Below are positions 13,983-26,417 of a stretch of DNA of 64,000 nt, in pieces. A model generated the notes under the pieces. That model did not search any database, was not told the origin of the DNA, and saw nothing but the letters and a program-made list of their open reading frames with translations. The position numbers and the translations under genes were made by a program. Each line of letters opens with the position of its first letter. Positions within the stretch are counted from its first letter, which is position 1. The stretch comes from Paraspadella gotoi (lineage: Eukaryota > Animalia > Chaetognatha), in the NCBI GenBank assembly GCA_051294375.1, contig CM119270.1, positions 3,898,301 through 3,962,300 of the forward strand. The letters are read 5' to 3'.

Positions 13983-14146
13983 AGAGAAAGAGAGAGACAG
14001 AGATAGAGAGAGAAAGAGAGATAGAAAGAAAAAAAAAGAGAAAGAGAGAGACGTGGTCACCATGGACTAAACAATGGATGAGAATTATTCATTTAATGTT
14101 AATTGAAACTAAAGACAAAGTCTTGATACAGCAACGATTTTATTTT

Positions 14147-14200
14147 ATTGTACAGACAAGTTTCGGCTTTCATTCAAGCCTTCATCAGTGCTTTGACAAT
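14147..14200 (-). ncRNA. Second, identical hammerhead ribozyme motif on the opposite strand
   Basis: Exact reverse complement of 14327-14380, within the left arm of the inverted repeat. Confidence 0.72.
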
Positions 14201-14230
14201 TCACAATTTTCATGTTTTCCAAATTAACTT

Positions 14231-14285
<55 letters not shown>

Positions 14286-14326
14286 GAGAGAGAAGAAAGT
14301 TAATTTGGAAAACATGAAAATTGTGA

Positions 14327-14380
14327 ATTGTCAAAGCACTGATGAAGGCTTGAATGAAAGCCGAAACTTGTCTGTACAAT
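14327..14380 (+). ncRNA. Minimal type I hammerhead ribozyme motif (Penelope-like element type)
   Basis: CTGATGA core at 14339-14345 plus one extra A. Stem II is GGCTT/AAGCC with loop GAATGA. GAAAC at 14363-14367, very short stem III, GTC cleavage triplet at 14370-14372. Stem I is GCA/TGT plus ATTGT/ACAAT with a CAAA bulge. AATAAA follows immediately. Confidence 0.75.
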
Positions 14381-14815
14381 AAAATAAAATCGTTGCTGTA
14401 TCAAGACTTTGTCTTTAGTTTCAATTATCTAAAACACAACGAAAGAAAGTTTAATCACAATGTCATTTAAAGTTAAACTTTAATTTAAAGATGTTGTTTA
14501 ATTATTGTCGTTCTATTCGATTAACTTTTATCAGTGATAAAATATATTTCATTATTCATTGTTAATTATTATTTTTAATTTTTGACATTGGACTGACTAT
14601 AAAATTGGTACAACCCTATTAAAAGATAATGCCTTAAAAAAAAAGATTATTCCCATTTGTAATTTGTTTTTCACTTTTCCTTATTCTCTTAAATATGTTC
14701 TTGCAAACTCTTGTTTGAACATCTCCCTTGATTGCATCTCCTTTGTTTCTCCCCCTTGATCGCATTTTGTCTCCATTAAATGTTCCCCCCACTTTGATCG
14801 CATTTCGTCTCCCAC

Positions 14816-14884
14816 CTCCGCCGCTCGAATCGAGGTTAATGGGCGACGAACTCGATTCTTCGGTTCCACCTTGTCCGATTCCAT
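14816..14884 (-). CDS. Candidate 69-bp internal exon
   Basis: Acceptor TTTGTTTCTATTTTTAG, donor GAG|GTGGGA, and length is a multiple of 3. Two frames are open (MESDKVEPKNRVRRPLTSIRAAE or DGIGQGGTEESSSSPINLDSSGG). Confidence 0.3.
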
Positions 14885-15339
14885 CTAAAAATAGAAACAA
14901 ATTCGGCGCCGATTTCTTGAAGCGGCGGCCAAATTTGTTGTGGGTTAATATCGGTGCGAGGAGATTTTGAGAAAGACGATGGCGAATGTCATAAAATTGG
15001 GTATCAAGGAGGGAAGGTCGCTGCCAACAGAGATATCCAAACTTAAAAATGAGATGATTCGGTTATTATGCCATTATCTCTCTCTCTCTCTCTTTCTTTT
15101 TTTATTTCTCTCTCTCTTTCTTTTTTAATTTCTCTCTCTCTCTCCTCTCTCTCTCTTCTCTCTCCTCTTTCTCTCTTCTCTTCTCTCTCTTCCTCTTCTC
15201 TCTTCTCTTCTCTCTCCTCTCTCTTATTTCTCTCTCTCAGGGAAAATTGCGGTCATTCCACTTCGTTTGACATTTTTCGTTACGATCACGCGCAAGTACA
15301 ATAAAGGCCGAATTTGTTCAAATCGGGATCAACGACACA

Positions 15340-15377
<38 letters not shown>

Positions 15378-16309
15378 TTTTACGAACTACACTGCAATAA
15401 AAGTGTTGCCCTATTTTTGTCTCGAAGTTAAAGGGATTGGCAGAAAGAGGAAAGATAAAAAAAGTAAAGAAAAAGGAGAAGTAAATGGAAAGATGGTGGT
15501 AAAAAAAGGAAAGAAAGGAAAGATAAAGGAAGAAAAAAAGCCGAGAAAAAAGGAGAGAGAAAAAAGGAGAGAGAAACCGAAAGGAAAAGAAAAAAAGAAA
15601 ATTAAAAGAATATAGAGAAAAGGAAAGAAAAATGAAAATCAAAAGTAGAAGAAAAGAAAAGAAAAAAGATAGAATATGAAGATAGAATAGTAGAAAAAGA
15701 TAGAATAGTATAGGAAAAAAGAAAGAAGAAAAGAAAAGAAAAAAAGGAAAGAAAAGACGGAACTAGGGCGATGGAGGAAAAAAGAGAGGAGTGACCAACC
15801 GAGAATGAGTTGAAGGACAAAGAGAAAAGGGGGGGAGAGAAGGACGGGCAGTCAGAGGAAAAGGAGGAAAGGAAAGGGGAGAAGGAGAAAAAAAAATAAG
15901 AGGAAGGAAAAAAAGAAGAAAAGGAAGGAAGGGAAAGGGAGAAAGGAGAGAATAAGAAGAGGAAGAAGGAAAGGAAAGGGAGAAAGGAGAGAGAAAGAAG
16001 AGGAAGAAGGAAAGGAAAGGGAGAAAGGAGAGAGAAAGAAGAGGAAGGAGAACGCGGAGGAAACGAAAGAGCGGCGGCCAAAGGAAAGGGAGAAAAGGAA
16101 AGAGAGAATAGAAAAGGGAAAAAAGAAAAGGGAGGAAAGGAAAGGAAGGAAAGGAAAGAGAGAAAGAGAGAAAAGTGTATGAAGAGCAAGAAGGACGTTA
16201 AGACCCACGAGAGTCTTGAACCATCGATGGTCGAGATTTAGAGTCAGACTGACAGGCGCGCACCTGGAAGATTAACTGGCGGAGAAATGGAGGCCGGGAT
16301 AAGGAAGGG

Positions 16310-16475
16310 TGGAGGCATGGAGGATGAGGCATGGAAGATAGGGCATGAAGGGGCATGGAGGATGAGGCATGGAAGAAAGGGCATGAAGGGGCATGGAGGA
16401 TGAGGCATAGAAGATAGGGCATGAAGGGGCATGGAGGATGAGGCATGGAAGATAGGGAATGAGGGGGGCATGGAA
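16310..16475. repeat. ~38-bp minisatellite, about 4 copies
   Basis: Unit GGGCATGAAGGGGCATGGAGGATGAGGCATGGAAGATA. Confidence 0.85.
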
Positions 16476-16799
16476 CGTGAAGAGAAGAGAGAAGAAGAAA
16501 AGAGAAGAAATGAGAAGAGAAGAGAATAACAAGATGAGACAAGACAAGACAAGACAAGAGTAGAAAAGAAAAGAGGGGACAAGACAAGAGTATAGAAGAG
16601 TAGAGATGAGATCAACTGGGAAACAAAGTTGATATCAATCGAAAAGGTTGAGGAGGAGGAGGAGGAGGAGGAGGAAGGGGGAGGAGGAAGGAGGAGGAGG
16701 AGCGGTCGACCAAATGCTCGAGATAAAAGGAGAGGGATATATTTGTGCCTCGAAAGGAAAAGAGGAAAGAGGAAAAGAGATGGAAAGAGATAGGAAAAG

Positions 16800-17045
16800 A
16801 AAAATGGAGGAAGGAAGGTGAAGGAAAGAAAAGGAGATCGAGGGAGAGAAAGAGAAAAAGAAAAATGGAGAAAGGAAGGTGAAAGAAAGAAAAGGAGATC
16901 GAGGGAGAAAAGGAGGAAAAGAAAAATGGAGGAAGGAAGGTGAGGGAAAGAAAAGGAGATAGAGGGAGAGAAGGAGGAAGAGCAAAATGGAGGAAGGAAG
17001 GTGAAAGAAAGAAAAGGAGATAGAGGGAGAGAAAGAGGAAAAGAA
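16800..17045. repeat. ~61-bp purine-rich minisatellite, 4 copies
   Basis: Unit AAAATGGAGGAAGGAAGGTGAA.GAAAGAAAAGGAGAT.GAGGGAGAGAA... Confidence 0.85.
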
Positions 17046-17301
17046 AAAAAGCAATTTAAAGCAAAATATTTTTGCAATATAGTCTTCCGTGAAATGCAAC
17101 AAAGTTGTTTAAAAAAAAGAGTAAAATTAAAACTCGAGAATGACCAAAAGAAATGAAGAAATGACGCAATTCTAAGAAAAGTAGGAAGTAGTATGTGCTT
17201 AAAATGAAGGCGATGACGATGATGATTACGATGATGATGATGACGAGGATAACGAAAAAAAGGAAGCGACTTCCTAATTGAGTTACAGACGGAAAATAAA
17301 A

Positions 17302-17339
<38 letters not shown>

Positions 17340-17481
17340 TCTCTCTCTCTCTCTTCCGGACTTGGAAAATTTTTATCTCTGAAACAAGGGCTCGAGTAAC
17401 CTCGTCACGATGTAGCACTTATTAACTAACTAAGTCGCAAATTAAACTACTATAATCTACATTTAATGATCTAGTGTTACA

Positions 17482-18900
17482 ATGTCAAACACACAGAAAA
17501 CCAGTCGCGACCTGAATCGGAATAAAGGAGCAAGTCCGCAACTTAAATCAAGAAAGCGACTTTGTAAACTTGTTAAAAGTCTTCGATACGAAGAATTGGA
17601 GAAATTAAAAGGTATAGTGGAGAAAAAGCAAACATTTTACGGTAGGAGAAAGTATATCAGAAACAAATCCGCAAACGCAATTTTAACATACATCACAGGT
17701 CGAAACGCCAAAAGTCAGCCAAGCGACTGAAAACGCGGATGGGCAGACATAGTCGCAGAAAGTGACGAGTCAAACGGTGAAGTACCGAACGGAACGACGA
17801 ACCGAAAGCAGGAAGAACAATTGAAAAGCTACGGGAGGTTGCCAAGTCCCTCGAGCCCCAGGAGGAAGAACAAGTCGGGAATCCAGCGAAGTACAGACAA
17901 ACATCTCGGAAGGAAGTCTCTTACAGAAACTGGCCTTGTACTAGTAAGCAAAATACTTTATCGTCTGAAAATACTATCGAGTCGCAAAAATCTAACGGAG
18001 ATTAATTGAAAAAAAGTAATACGGCCTGATGTGGCCATTAGGATGAAAATTAAAACTACGCAGAAAGGAGAATTGTTTTGACGGGAGAAACCGAAGACTG
18101 TAATAGTCTCTTGAACTGGAACTATGGAGTCTAATGAATAAAACTTTGTTCCCAGACTCCTCAGACGCGAAATACGATACAACAGAGCGTCCCGTCCATA
18201 ACCGGGGGCTAAGACCCTGAATTGCAGAGGAGGTACATCCTAAATCAATTGGTAGAACGGACAACTACTCCACCTCAGAAGTAAAGCGGATAAAAGTCGG
18301 AAAAGAACAACCAACTTGGAGCGTCAGAGTTACGCTGAGAATCGAGCTCGGAAAAAGGTCGCATTATAGGTGAGGGGTTTCAAGATACCTTTTCAAGAGA
18401 CCATAAAGTTCGGTAAGAATTCAAAAGTTGCAAATTACACAATGCTTTAAATGTTTTAAAGTCGGACACCTCAGCTTCAACTGTCAGAAACAGAAAACAA
18501 ATGTTCTCGATGCGGACAAAACACAGATTAAGATTGTCAAGCCAAGGACGAAAGAAAATTCTCTTGGCGCAATTTGTCAAGGCCCACATGTCTGGCAAAC
18601 CTATAAGGGGCTGCAGCTCTTACATCCGCCGAATACATGAACAAAGCAAGAAAAGACCAGGCCGTACCATGGAACAAAGAAACGACGAAAGGGGAAACAA
18701 TTAGAATGGATTCCTACAAACACCACAGGGACATCGAGGCATATGCAAATGTGACAAGTGCCAACATTCTCGATAACTAAAAGGCAGACATAGTAATTGA
18801 AGCCAATGTGGCTTGCAATGAAATTCTAATGAGTTCAATGTTTAGACTGTGGTCTGTAAGGGGAAACTACAGTAACGTATTTTGCTAAACATATTACGGA
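17482..18900 (+). pseudogene. LINE ORF1 (gag-like nucleic-acid-binding protein), frameshifted; 3' end approximate
   Basis: ATG at 17482. Knuckle QCFKCFKVGHLSFNC at about 18440-18484, then across frameshifts KCSRCGQ..H and a third C..CQGPH...YKGC motif (about 18500-18615). Confidence 0.8.
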
Positions 18901-19515
18901 AAAGTCAACAAATGAGACTTGGTTATGAAACTTGAGATGAATGCAACAAAGAATAAAATATTAAAAAATAGGCTCAATGAATTTCGAGTAGGAACAGAAC
19001 GATCGCCGAGTTATTTCAACATGGTGTCAAATACCCCTACAGGCAATTCATCCCGGACTCCGACTGGCGCACAGTCGATCAATCTCCCGGACGATACCAA
19101 CGGAGAATAACAACAGCGGATATAAGCAACTCCTCAAAGTGGTGGAACCCTTTCACAAAAGCCAATCTACAACATTACAGGGAGAACGATTGAAGGCAAT
19201 AGGCAACAAGAAACCACGATCATGAATCAAAGGCACCGAACTACAGTCAACTACAGCCAGCACAGTGGGACCACGAACAACAGTGGCAGGCGCTCAATGC
19301 CGACCTGGGGCTTACTCAGCCAATTCCAGCTATATCGAGGGAGTACAACAAACGACAATGTTCCAACCAAACCTCCAACATGATCACCGTCGGTGCAAGG
19401 TACAGCAGTACAGATGCCCACAGAATATCTTGGAGGCAACCCTCAGCAATACCTGCAGTACAGTCAAAAGCACAGCCAATTTCAAGAGATGGACAGTAAA
19501 CTAAAGGCATCGCCA

Positions 19516-22330
19516 TACTGCAGGTTGAACGCAAACTCTATCATACCTAGAGATTTAGAAATTGAATTTAATTAATAGAGAAACAATTACGCTATTACTG
19601 CACAGACATAATATTGTTAATTAAACGAACACAAGATTGAAAAACGAAAGATGAAAGTACGGCGTAATTAGGGAATTGATATCACAGTAAGAAGAGACAC
19701 CCAACAAACACACGGCAATCCCGGGGAGTATTAATGCTAATTCCAAAGGATTATCTCATTCTGAAGTAAATAAAAAGCAAAGACCAGAACCAGAATCATT
19801 AGTGTGTAAGATTTAGTCACTCTAAACTGGGATTATGTTGATTATCCACAATTTACACATACACCCAGGACATAAAGCGCCAAACGAATACTTTGAACAA
19901 ATATCAAATGCAAGACATGAGCGGTAAATAGGATACCAGTATCATAATGGGGATATGAATGCTAAATTTAGCATGCCTTGGAGGGTAACGTCAAATACAG
20001 AAGGGAAAACGTTTTGGAAGATCAGCTGGAAAAATATAACTTACATGCTTAAATACCGGAGAACCAACTTTCTTCAGTTTTCTCAAGCAACGCAATAAGC
20101 CTGCTTAAGATTTGAGCCTGTGCAACGATAAACTTCTTCATAGAATGCTGTGAATGAAAACGGGGTCCTCTAATACAGAGCGATCATATTCCCACAATTA
20201 CGATAATTTAAGGCTTTGGAAAATCGGGAAGCAATGCTACTAAGAGGAAAGATTACAGATTGCAAAAGTTGCGAGCAATCGAGAACTCTCTGGGTAGACC
20301 ACCGTCCCAGGAAGAGCGATACCGGTACATTGAAAAATGGAGCAGAAGAATTTGTTCAAATAATTAAGAGAAGCTATGACGAAGTTACTAAAGAAAAACG
20401 TGTGAGACAAAGGTTCAATTAAACTGTCAAAACAGTCCAATATACTTCTGGGGATTAAAAGGAAACCTGCACCATTTGGAGAGAAGAAAGGCGACCCGTC
20501 AAACGATGAGTCGCTTAAGAATAATATACAATAAGGTCTCCCTAGAACTTTAGAAAGTCTTAGAAAATGACGGAGGCACTTCAATTGGAGCAAAAAGTAG
20601 ACATTATGGGCAAATACCAAACAGGCAGAAAAGAAATGAATAAACAGGAATAGCAAATATAAGACATCGGAAATCGCCCTCACAGCACTTTATCGAGGCA
20701 AATGGACACCAAAGAGTAACGGCTAAAGACGAGCAGAAACACATGCAAGGAGACTAGAAAAGGTTTACAATCCCGCACGGATGAAACTTTTGACGATGAA
20801 TGGAGAAAAGAGATAGAGATTACTGCATTAAAAATAGTCTGAGTTTGTTTTCCACTAGGAAAAAACCGAAGCAGGAAGATGAAGAACAGCCCGACCTTTC
20901 TCAAAGCGGAAGAATTTAATGCGGTATTACGTGAGTGTAAAAATAAGTCAGCTGCAGGCGAAGACGGATCACTTACTTATCTAAGCAATTATCAAGCTAG
21001 CAGTCCTACTTCAACTTCTGACATTATTCAACATATGTTGGGCCACGAGGCTTATCCCAAAGGCGTTGGAAAAAGAAAAAGCTATAACTCTTCCGAAGAA
21101 AGGAAAAGATTTAAAAGAATCAAAAATCATCTGTCCAATAAAGTCTCCTTTCATTGTATAGGTTAAAGTCTTTGAGAGAACTTATTAAAAAAAGGCTAAT
21201 AGTGGATTCTGGACAGAAAGGGATGAGAAATCGTTTATCAAGTGATATAAGAGGAATGCCGGAGTCCACAAGATCAATCTGTTTAGATTAACAGAAGGTG
21301 TATAATAAGGCGTTTTCGAGAAAAGAAATGGTGTAGTAGGTTGTGTTCTTGGACATCGAACTATGCATTCGATCATCTCTGGTGGAATGCTTAGCGTTAA
21401 AAAATAGCAAAAAAGGGGCTTCATCAAATTAATATTAGGATCATAAAGCAATTTTCTTTAATGACGACTTATAAACCGTCCAACCGAAGGCAAGGAGAAA
21501 GTCAAAATTTCTTCAAAATCAAAGCACTGGTACTCCAAAGGAGGGGTAATTAAGTCTCAGACCTCTTCAATATCATACAGACGAAGAGTATTTGAAGGGG
21601 CAACAGAAATAGAGCAGCTCAATTTTGCGATGAACAAGCAGCAGGACTATCGCAGATAATCCGTACAAAATGCAACTACGGATTAAAAGATTTAATTTAC
21701 AATTTTAGAGGAGTGGTGCACAAATGGCGCTAAAATTAGCCCCTCACAGAGTCAAATTTAAATAATCTTTAGTCGCATACAAAATCATCTTGAGGGGCTG
21801 ATATGGAAACCTCAGTCTCTTGGGCACAAAGGTCGCAAGTGGTCGACAAGTAAATTTTTCCTGGAGTCACTCTGGACCAAAAATTACTGTGGAAGAAATT
21901 ACATAATGAAGTGGTGGAAAAGGCCAATTTGAGACTTGGAAATTCCTTAAGACGGATTCAAAACGATGAACAAAGGGAATAATCAGATTAATTAAATTAA
22001 TATTTACAACGTAAATGATCAGAACGCTATTAGATATGGCAGCGTTTGTTTACATACCTAGTGTCCGAGGTTCATTGGACACTGGAAAGAATCCAGGGTC
22101 AGCATTGAGAATGGCGCTGAATCTCCCGAAATATGTTTCAATAAACTACTACTGGACTTGCGAGTGTAGCGTAAGCGTGAAAAACCATTTAAAAGACATT
22201 TAGTTTAAAACGTCTTTGAGCATGTATAGCAAAGTGGTATAGTGCGGGAGACCATTCTCGAAATTCGAGGACAAACTGTGTAAAACAGCAGAAATACAAG
22301 ACAGTTCTCAGCGTTAACTGGGCTCCAATT
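19516..22330 (+). pseudogene. LINE ORF2 (APE endonuclease + reverse transcriptase), frameshifted; boundaries approximate
   Basis: EN motifs: LNANSI (~19526), IIMG-DMNAK (~19940), LNTGEPTF (~20049), SDHIP (~20179). RT motifs: KNKSAAGEDG (~20939), PIS-L-CIG-KVFER (~21135-21180), VFLDI (~21344), GTP-GGVIS--LFNI (~21529-21573), PGVTLDQKLLW (~21860), IRTLLD (~22018). Confidence 0.88.
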
Positions 22331-23207
22331 GAAGCAACGCACGTAAGACCCAATCACCATGACAGACACAGACCAGAGACAAAGTTACTTCCATTGACAG
22401 TCGTCTCCCTTGTAGGCCGATCGACTCTCACTTCGGATGTTGAGATGGATCTTCAAAACGGAGTAGCCACACATTCTGTGAATCGTGATCTACGAGGAAG
22501 AGAAGGGGGCTGCCCGAGGGGTCAAATTAACTTATTAATCAAAATTTTTATTTTTTATTTATCACTCTACTGAGACGCTAATTAGTACTATTTAAGCTTG
22601 GTCTAATGGAACAAGTAATTCAACAGCGCAAAATTAACTTTATTGTGTTTGATGTACAAGTGGTTCGTAAGTAATACGACTGCCAATTGATTAAACAGTA
22701 GCACCTATTTTGATGTGGTTTTGTGCTTCGATATCTGGTAACAAAAACTAATTTTATTCTATCGTAGCTTTTATCAATTTCATTTTTTGTTTCGTGTCAA
22801 CGATATAGAGTGACACGTGTCATCGATAGAAGTATAAGCACTCAGATGCTAATATCCGGAATATTTTAGCAAGGTTCACTTGTTTCATATACATTAATGA
22901 ATGTAGTAGACCTAAAATTGTTCTTTGTACAAACTGTTTACTTAATGTCCGCCTTAAGGAGTGTTAACCACTCCAGGTGGCAATAGAACTTATCAAATAA
23001 TCAAAATCTCTCTCTCTCTCTCTCTCCTCTCCTCTCTCTCTCTCTCTCTCTGCATAATCTCTCTCTAACTCTGTCTCTCTCTAACTCTAACTCTCTCTCT
23101 AACTATCTCTGTCTCTCTCCAGTGGAGGGGAAAAACCTCGTTAATTAATTGGTACTAAAGCAAGAGTCGCCCGCGGCGGAGAAGGGAGATCGCCCGTCTC
23201 CGTTACA

Positions 23208-23247
<40 letters not shown>

Positions 23248-23496
23248 AGAGAAAGAGAGGACGTCGACAGGGAAAAAAAAGAGACGACAAAAGATTGCAA
23301 ATAAGGAAGAAAAAAATAAAGAAAAAGAAAAAAAGGTGAAAAAGGAAAGAAAGAAGGCAGAGGGAGAAAATTCACTTCGGTTTGATGTAAACAAAAACAA
23401 ACAAAAGAACAAAAATAAAAGAAAAAAGAAGAAAAAAAAACTTGGCGAGAGTTGAGCAAGGCAGCGAGGCGGTGAGAAAAGAAGAAAAAGCTGTAA

Positions 23497-23533
<37 letters not shown>

Positions 23534-23675
23534 AGAGATTGAGCAATGGTACCCAGACAGCGATGGCGGTTTGAGGAAAAGAAAGGGGGAGGGAAAAAAG
23601 CTGTAAGTTAATGACTCCTCTCTCTCTCTCTCTCTCTCTCTCTTCTTCCTNNNNNNNNNNNNNNNNNNNNNNNNN

Positions 23676-23710
<35 letters not shown>

Positions 23711-23809
23711 ACGGTGAGAGAGAGCCGTGCCGAGCCGAGAAGAAAAAATCCTCGGGATGAAAAAGAGATGAAAACAAATAATAAACAAACGATAAACAGA
23801 ACGCGAGTT

Positions 23810-24112
23810 GAAACGTCGTCGTCGTCTTCGTTGTCGTCGTCGTCGTCTTCATCTTCGTCGTCGTCTTTGTCGTCGTCTTTGGCGTCGTCTTCTTTGTCGT
23901 CTTTATCGTCGTCTTCGTCTTTGTCGTCTTCATCTTCGTTGTCTTAATTTTCGTAGTTGTCGTCGTCGTCATTGTCGTCTTCGTCTTTGTCATCGATGTT
24001 GTTTTCGTCGTCGTCGTGGTCGTCTTTATCTTCATCGTCGTCATCCACTTTATTGACGTCATCTTCGTCGTCATCGTCGTCGTCGTCATCATCGTCGTCA
24101 TCGTCGTCGTCA
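23810..24112. repeat. Degenerate (GTC/ATC/TTC)n trinucleotide array
   Basis: Triplet microsatellite; the overlapping poly-T/S/V ORFs are artefacts. Confidence 0.9.
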
Positions 24113-24676
24113 CGTTCGCGTTACGCACAACAACGATATGTAGGCGGTTGACCTCGTTTTTCGTATCTGGATGGAAGCCGAAGAGAAAACGAGTTTTTCG
24201 ACTTTGCTGTTTTTTGTTGTTCTTAATATATTAATCTGAAATATTTGTATAGATATTCACGTAACTCAGTCTTAAAACCGAAAAATTAAACATTACCCAA
24301 TTCGTTTTGTCACCGATCGATTGATATAACTTATATGTCGACCGTCGTAAAAGAGAAATATACTCTATCGGTTGCCAAGAGAAAAATATATAGGAATAAA
24401 AAAAGAAAAAATTATAACTAAAAAAAAAAAAGATATCGGAAAAGTGAAAAAGTGACTTTGCTTCTTTTTTTTCGGTCTTCGGCCGCAAATAAAGAGAGGG
24501 GTGGGGAGTAAATGGGGGGAGTAAAATGGGGGAGAAGGGGTGGGGGAAGGGGGGGGGGTTGCTGGCCTAAAAAACAAACGAGCGACGTTTACTTGAATTT
24601 ATGCAAATTGACTCCCGCCCCATTTGAAAGAAAAATAAAAATAAACGTCTCGTTCGCTTCTTTTATATATTTTTTT

Positions 24677-24745
24677 TAGTTGCGTCGCGACTAAAAGTTA
24701 CTTTTCGGTCGGCCTGTCGGTCTATTGGGTCGGTCGATTGGTCTC
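24677..24745 (+). mobile_element. Short remnant of the HINE-like terminus in opposite orientation
   Basis: T-run followed by TAGTTGCGTCGCGACT-AAAAGTTACTTTTCGGTCGG and (GGTC)n-like repeats; resembles the reverse complement of the family end. Confidence 0.45.
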
Positions 24746-25320
24746 TCAATTTGTCTCACTTATTTTTTTAGGAAAACGTTTTAAATTATTATTAGAAAAA
24801 ATAAGTTCATTAATACATGCAACAATTAAATGATAAATAAATATTTTCATACTCTTTAAATAACGATGCACAATGGATTAAAAAAGGTTTGAAATATAAT
24901 TGACAAATATAACGGAAAAATTCGATATTAAATTTCCCCTTCCTTGTTTTTTTTTTCAAAAAGCCGCCGATCCCGAATTTCCAATAACTCAGTAAACTGA
25001 CGGAGAGAAAAAACATTTTTTTTGAAAAAAATTAAAGAAAAAATAAAAAGAAGAGAGAGAGAGAGAAGATGAGAGAGAGAGAAAAAAAAAGCCCATGCGT
25101 CATTTCCAAGAGAACGAGCGTTAGTCTTATGTTTATGAGAAGCGATTTGTCATGATTTGTGGAAGAGGCCGATAGGGGCTGAGGGGGAAGAGTAAGAGGG
25201 GGAGTGAGGGTAGTGAGGGAAGGTGGAGTGGCAGAACCGGAAGAACGATTCCGCTTGGAGAAATTATCATACAAATGACGACTTTTAAACGTCTGAGTTC
25301 AGGAGTCGGAAGGCCGGGGG

Positions 25321-25407
<87 letters not shown>

Positions 25408-26417
25408 GACGGCAATAAATACCGCCAAGAGATATTAACACAAGTTAGCGACAGCAATGAAAGCAGAGAGAGAAAAAAAAAAAACTCGTACAGTTTGGAA
25501 ATAAAAAAAAATAAGGGAGGTCATTAGTTTTATTGTTTTTTTTTCGAGTTTTTTATCGATTGTTTCCTTGTTTTTTTTTTGGTTTAAATAATTCGATTCT
25601 TGTTTATATTTCAATGTTTATTTTTGTCCGTTTTGCGCGTTGTCTCCTTACATTAATTTTACATGAGATCTATTGTCTTTTCGGGGGGAGCTAGGATTTC
25701 TGCGGGCGAGAGAGAAAGTGTAAAAGGAAACATTGACGCTTTTTATACTATAGATTTTGTTTGTACATATTTTATAATGTGTCTTGTCAGTATGTTGTGA
25801 GTTTATAATATCGTATTTCAACGCCGCGCCCTCCAATATTTACAAATTCCCTTCCCTTTGATTTTTCTCTTTAAAAAATAATCCTCATTTTTGCTTTTTG
25901 CTTTTTTTATTTTTAACTTCTAATTGTTCTTCCATTAATTTTTTCTATTATGAATTATGAATTATCGCCATTGGCGGAAAACTCTTAATTTGCTTTTCAT
26001 CGTTTCCTTCGATAAATCGTCAAACTTTTTTAATCTTATTCTTTCCGTTTGAATTTTATTTTTTTCCTCTCATCTTATCAACTCCGTTTCATATACTTTC
26101 AATTTTCTTTTATTTTCACCTTTCTTCTTTTCAAATCAATCAGATATTTTCAATTTTCCTTTTCGTTTCACCTTCCATAATTTCAACTCCATTTCATACT
26201 TTCAATTTTCCTCTTTCCTTTTTCTTTCTTTTCTTTTCCTCCACTTTTCCTTCATCGTTTAATCTCTTACAAATCTCTTAAAAATTCCACCATCAATTCT
26301 CCCTTTAAATCTCTTTTCACGTTTCTTTCCTTTTTTCACTCACACTTTCTTTCCTTTCTCATTCACTTCCTCCATCCAACATTCTCTTGTCCCTCTCGCA
26401 AAATAATTCATTCACAG

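Larger units (their letters stand above)
14100..14427. mobile_element. Foldback element: perfect 132-bp inverted repeats around a 64-bp (GA)n spacer; probable Penelope-like pseudo-LTR derivative
   Basis: 14100-14231 is the exact reverse complement of 14296-14427. Each arm has a hammerhead core and AATAAAATAAAA, with 3' ends pointing outward. Confidence 0.75.
17354..23005 (+). mobile_element. Near full-length non-LTR retrotransposon (LINE; APE endonuclease type, Jockey/I-group-like architecture), heavily frameshifted
   Basis: 5.6-kb block free of microsatellites, with ORF1 zinc knuckles then EN and RT motifs in the correct order, a roughly 130-nt 5' leader and roughly 0.7-kb 3' region. (TC)n tracts bound it at about 17306-17353 and 23006-23120. 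Confidence 0.9.

Noticed and set aside
16198-16264. Possible minus-strand exon after the acceptor TCTTCCAG
   Set aside because: No convincing donor or recognisable peptide.
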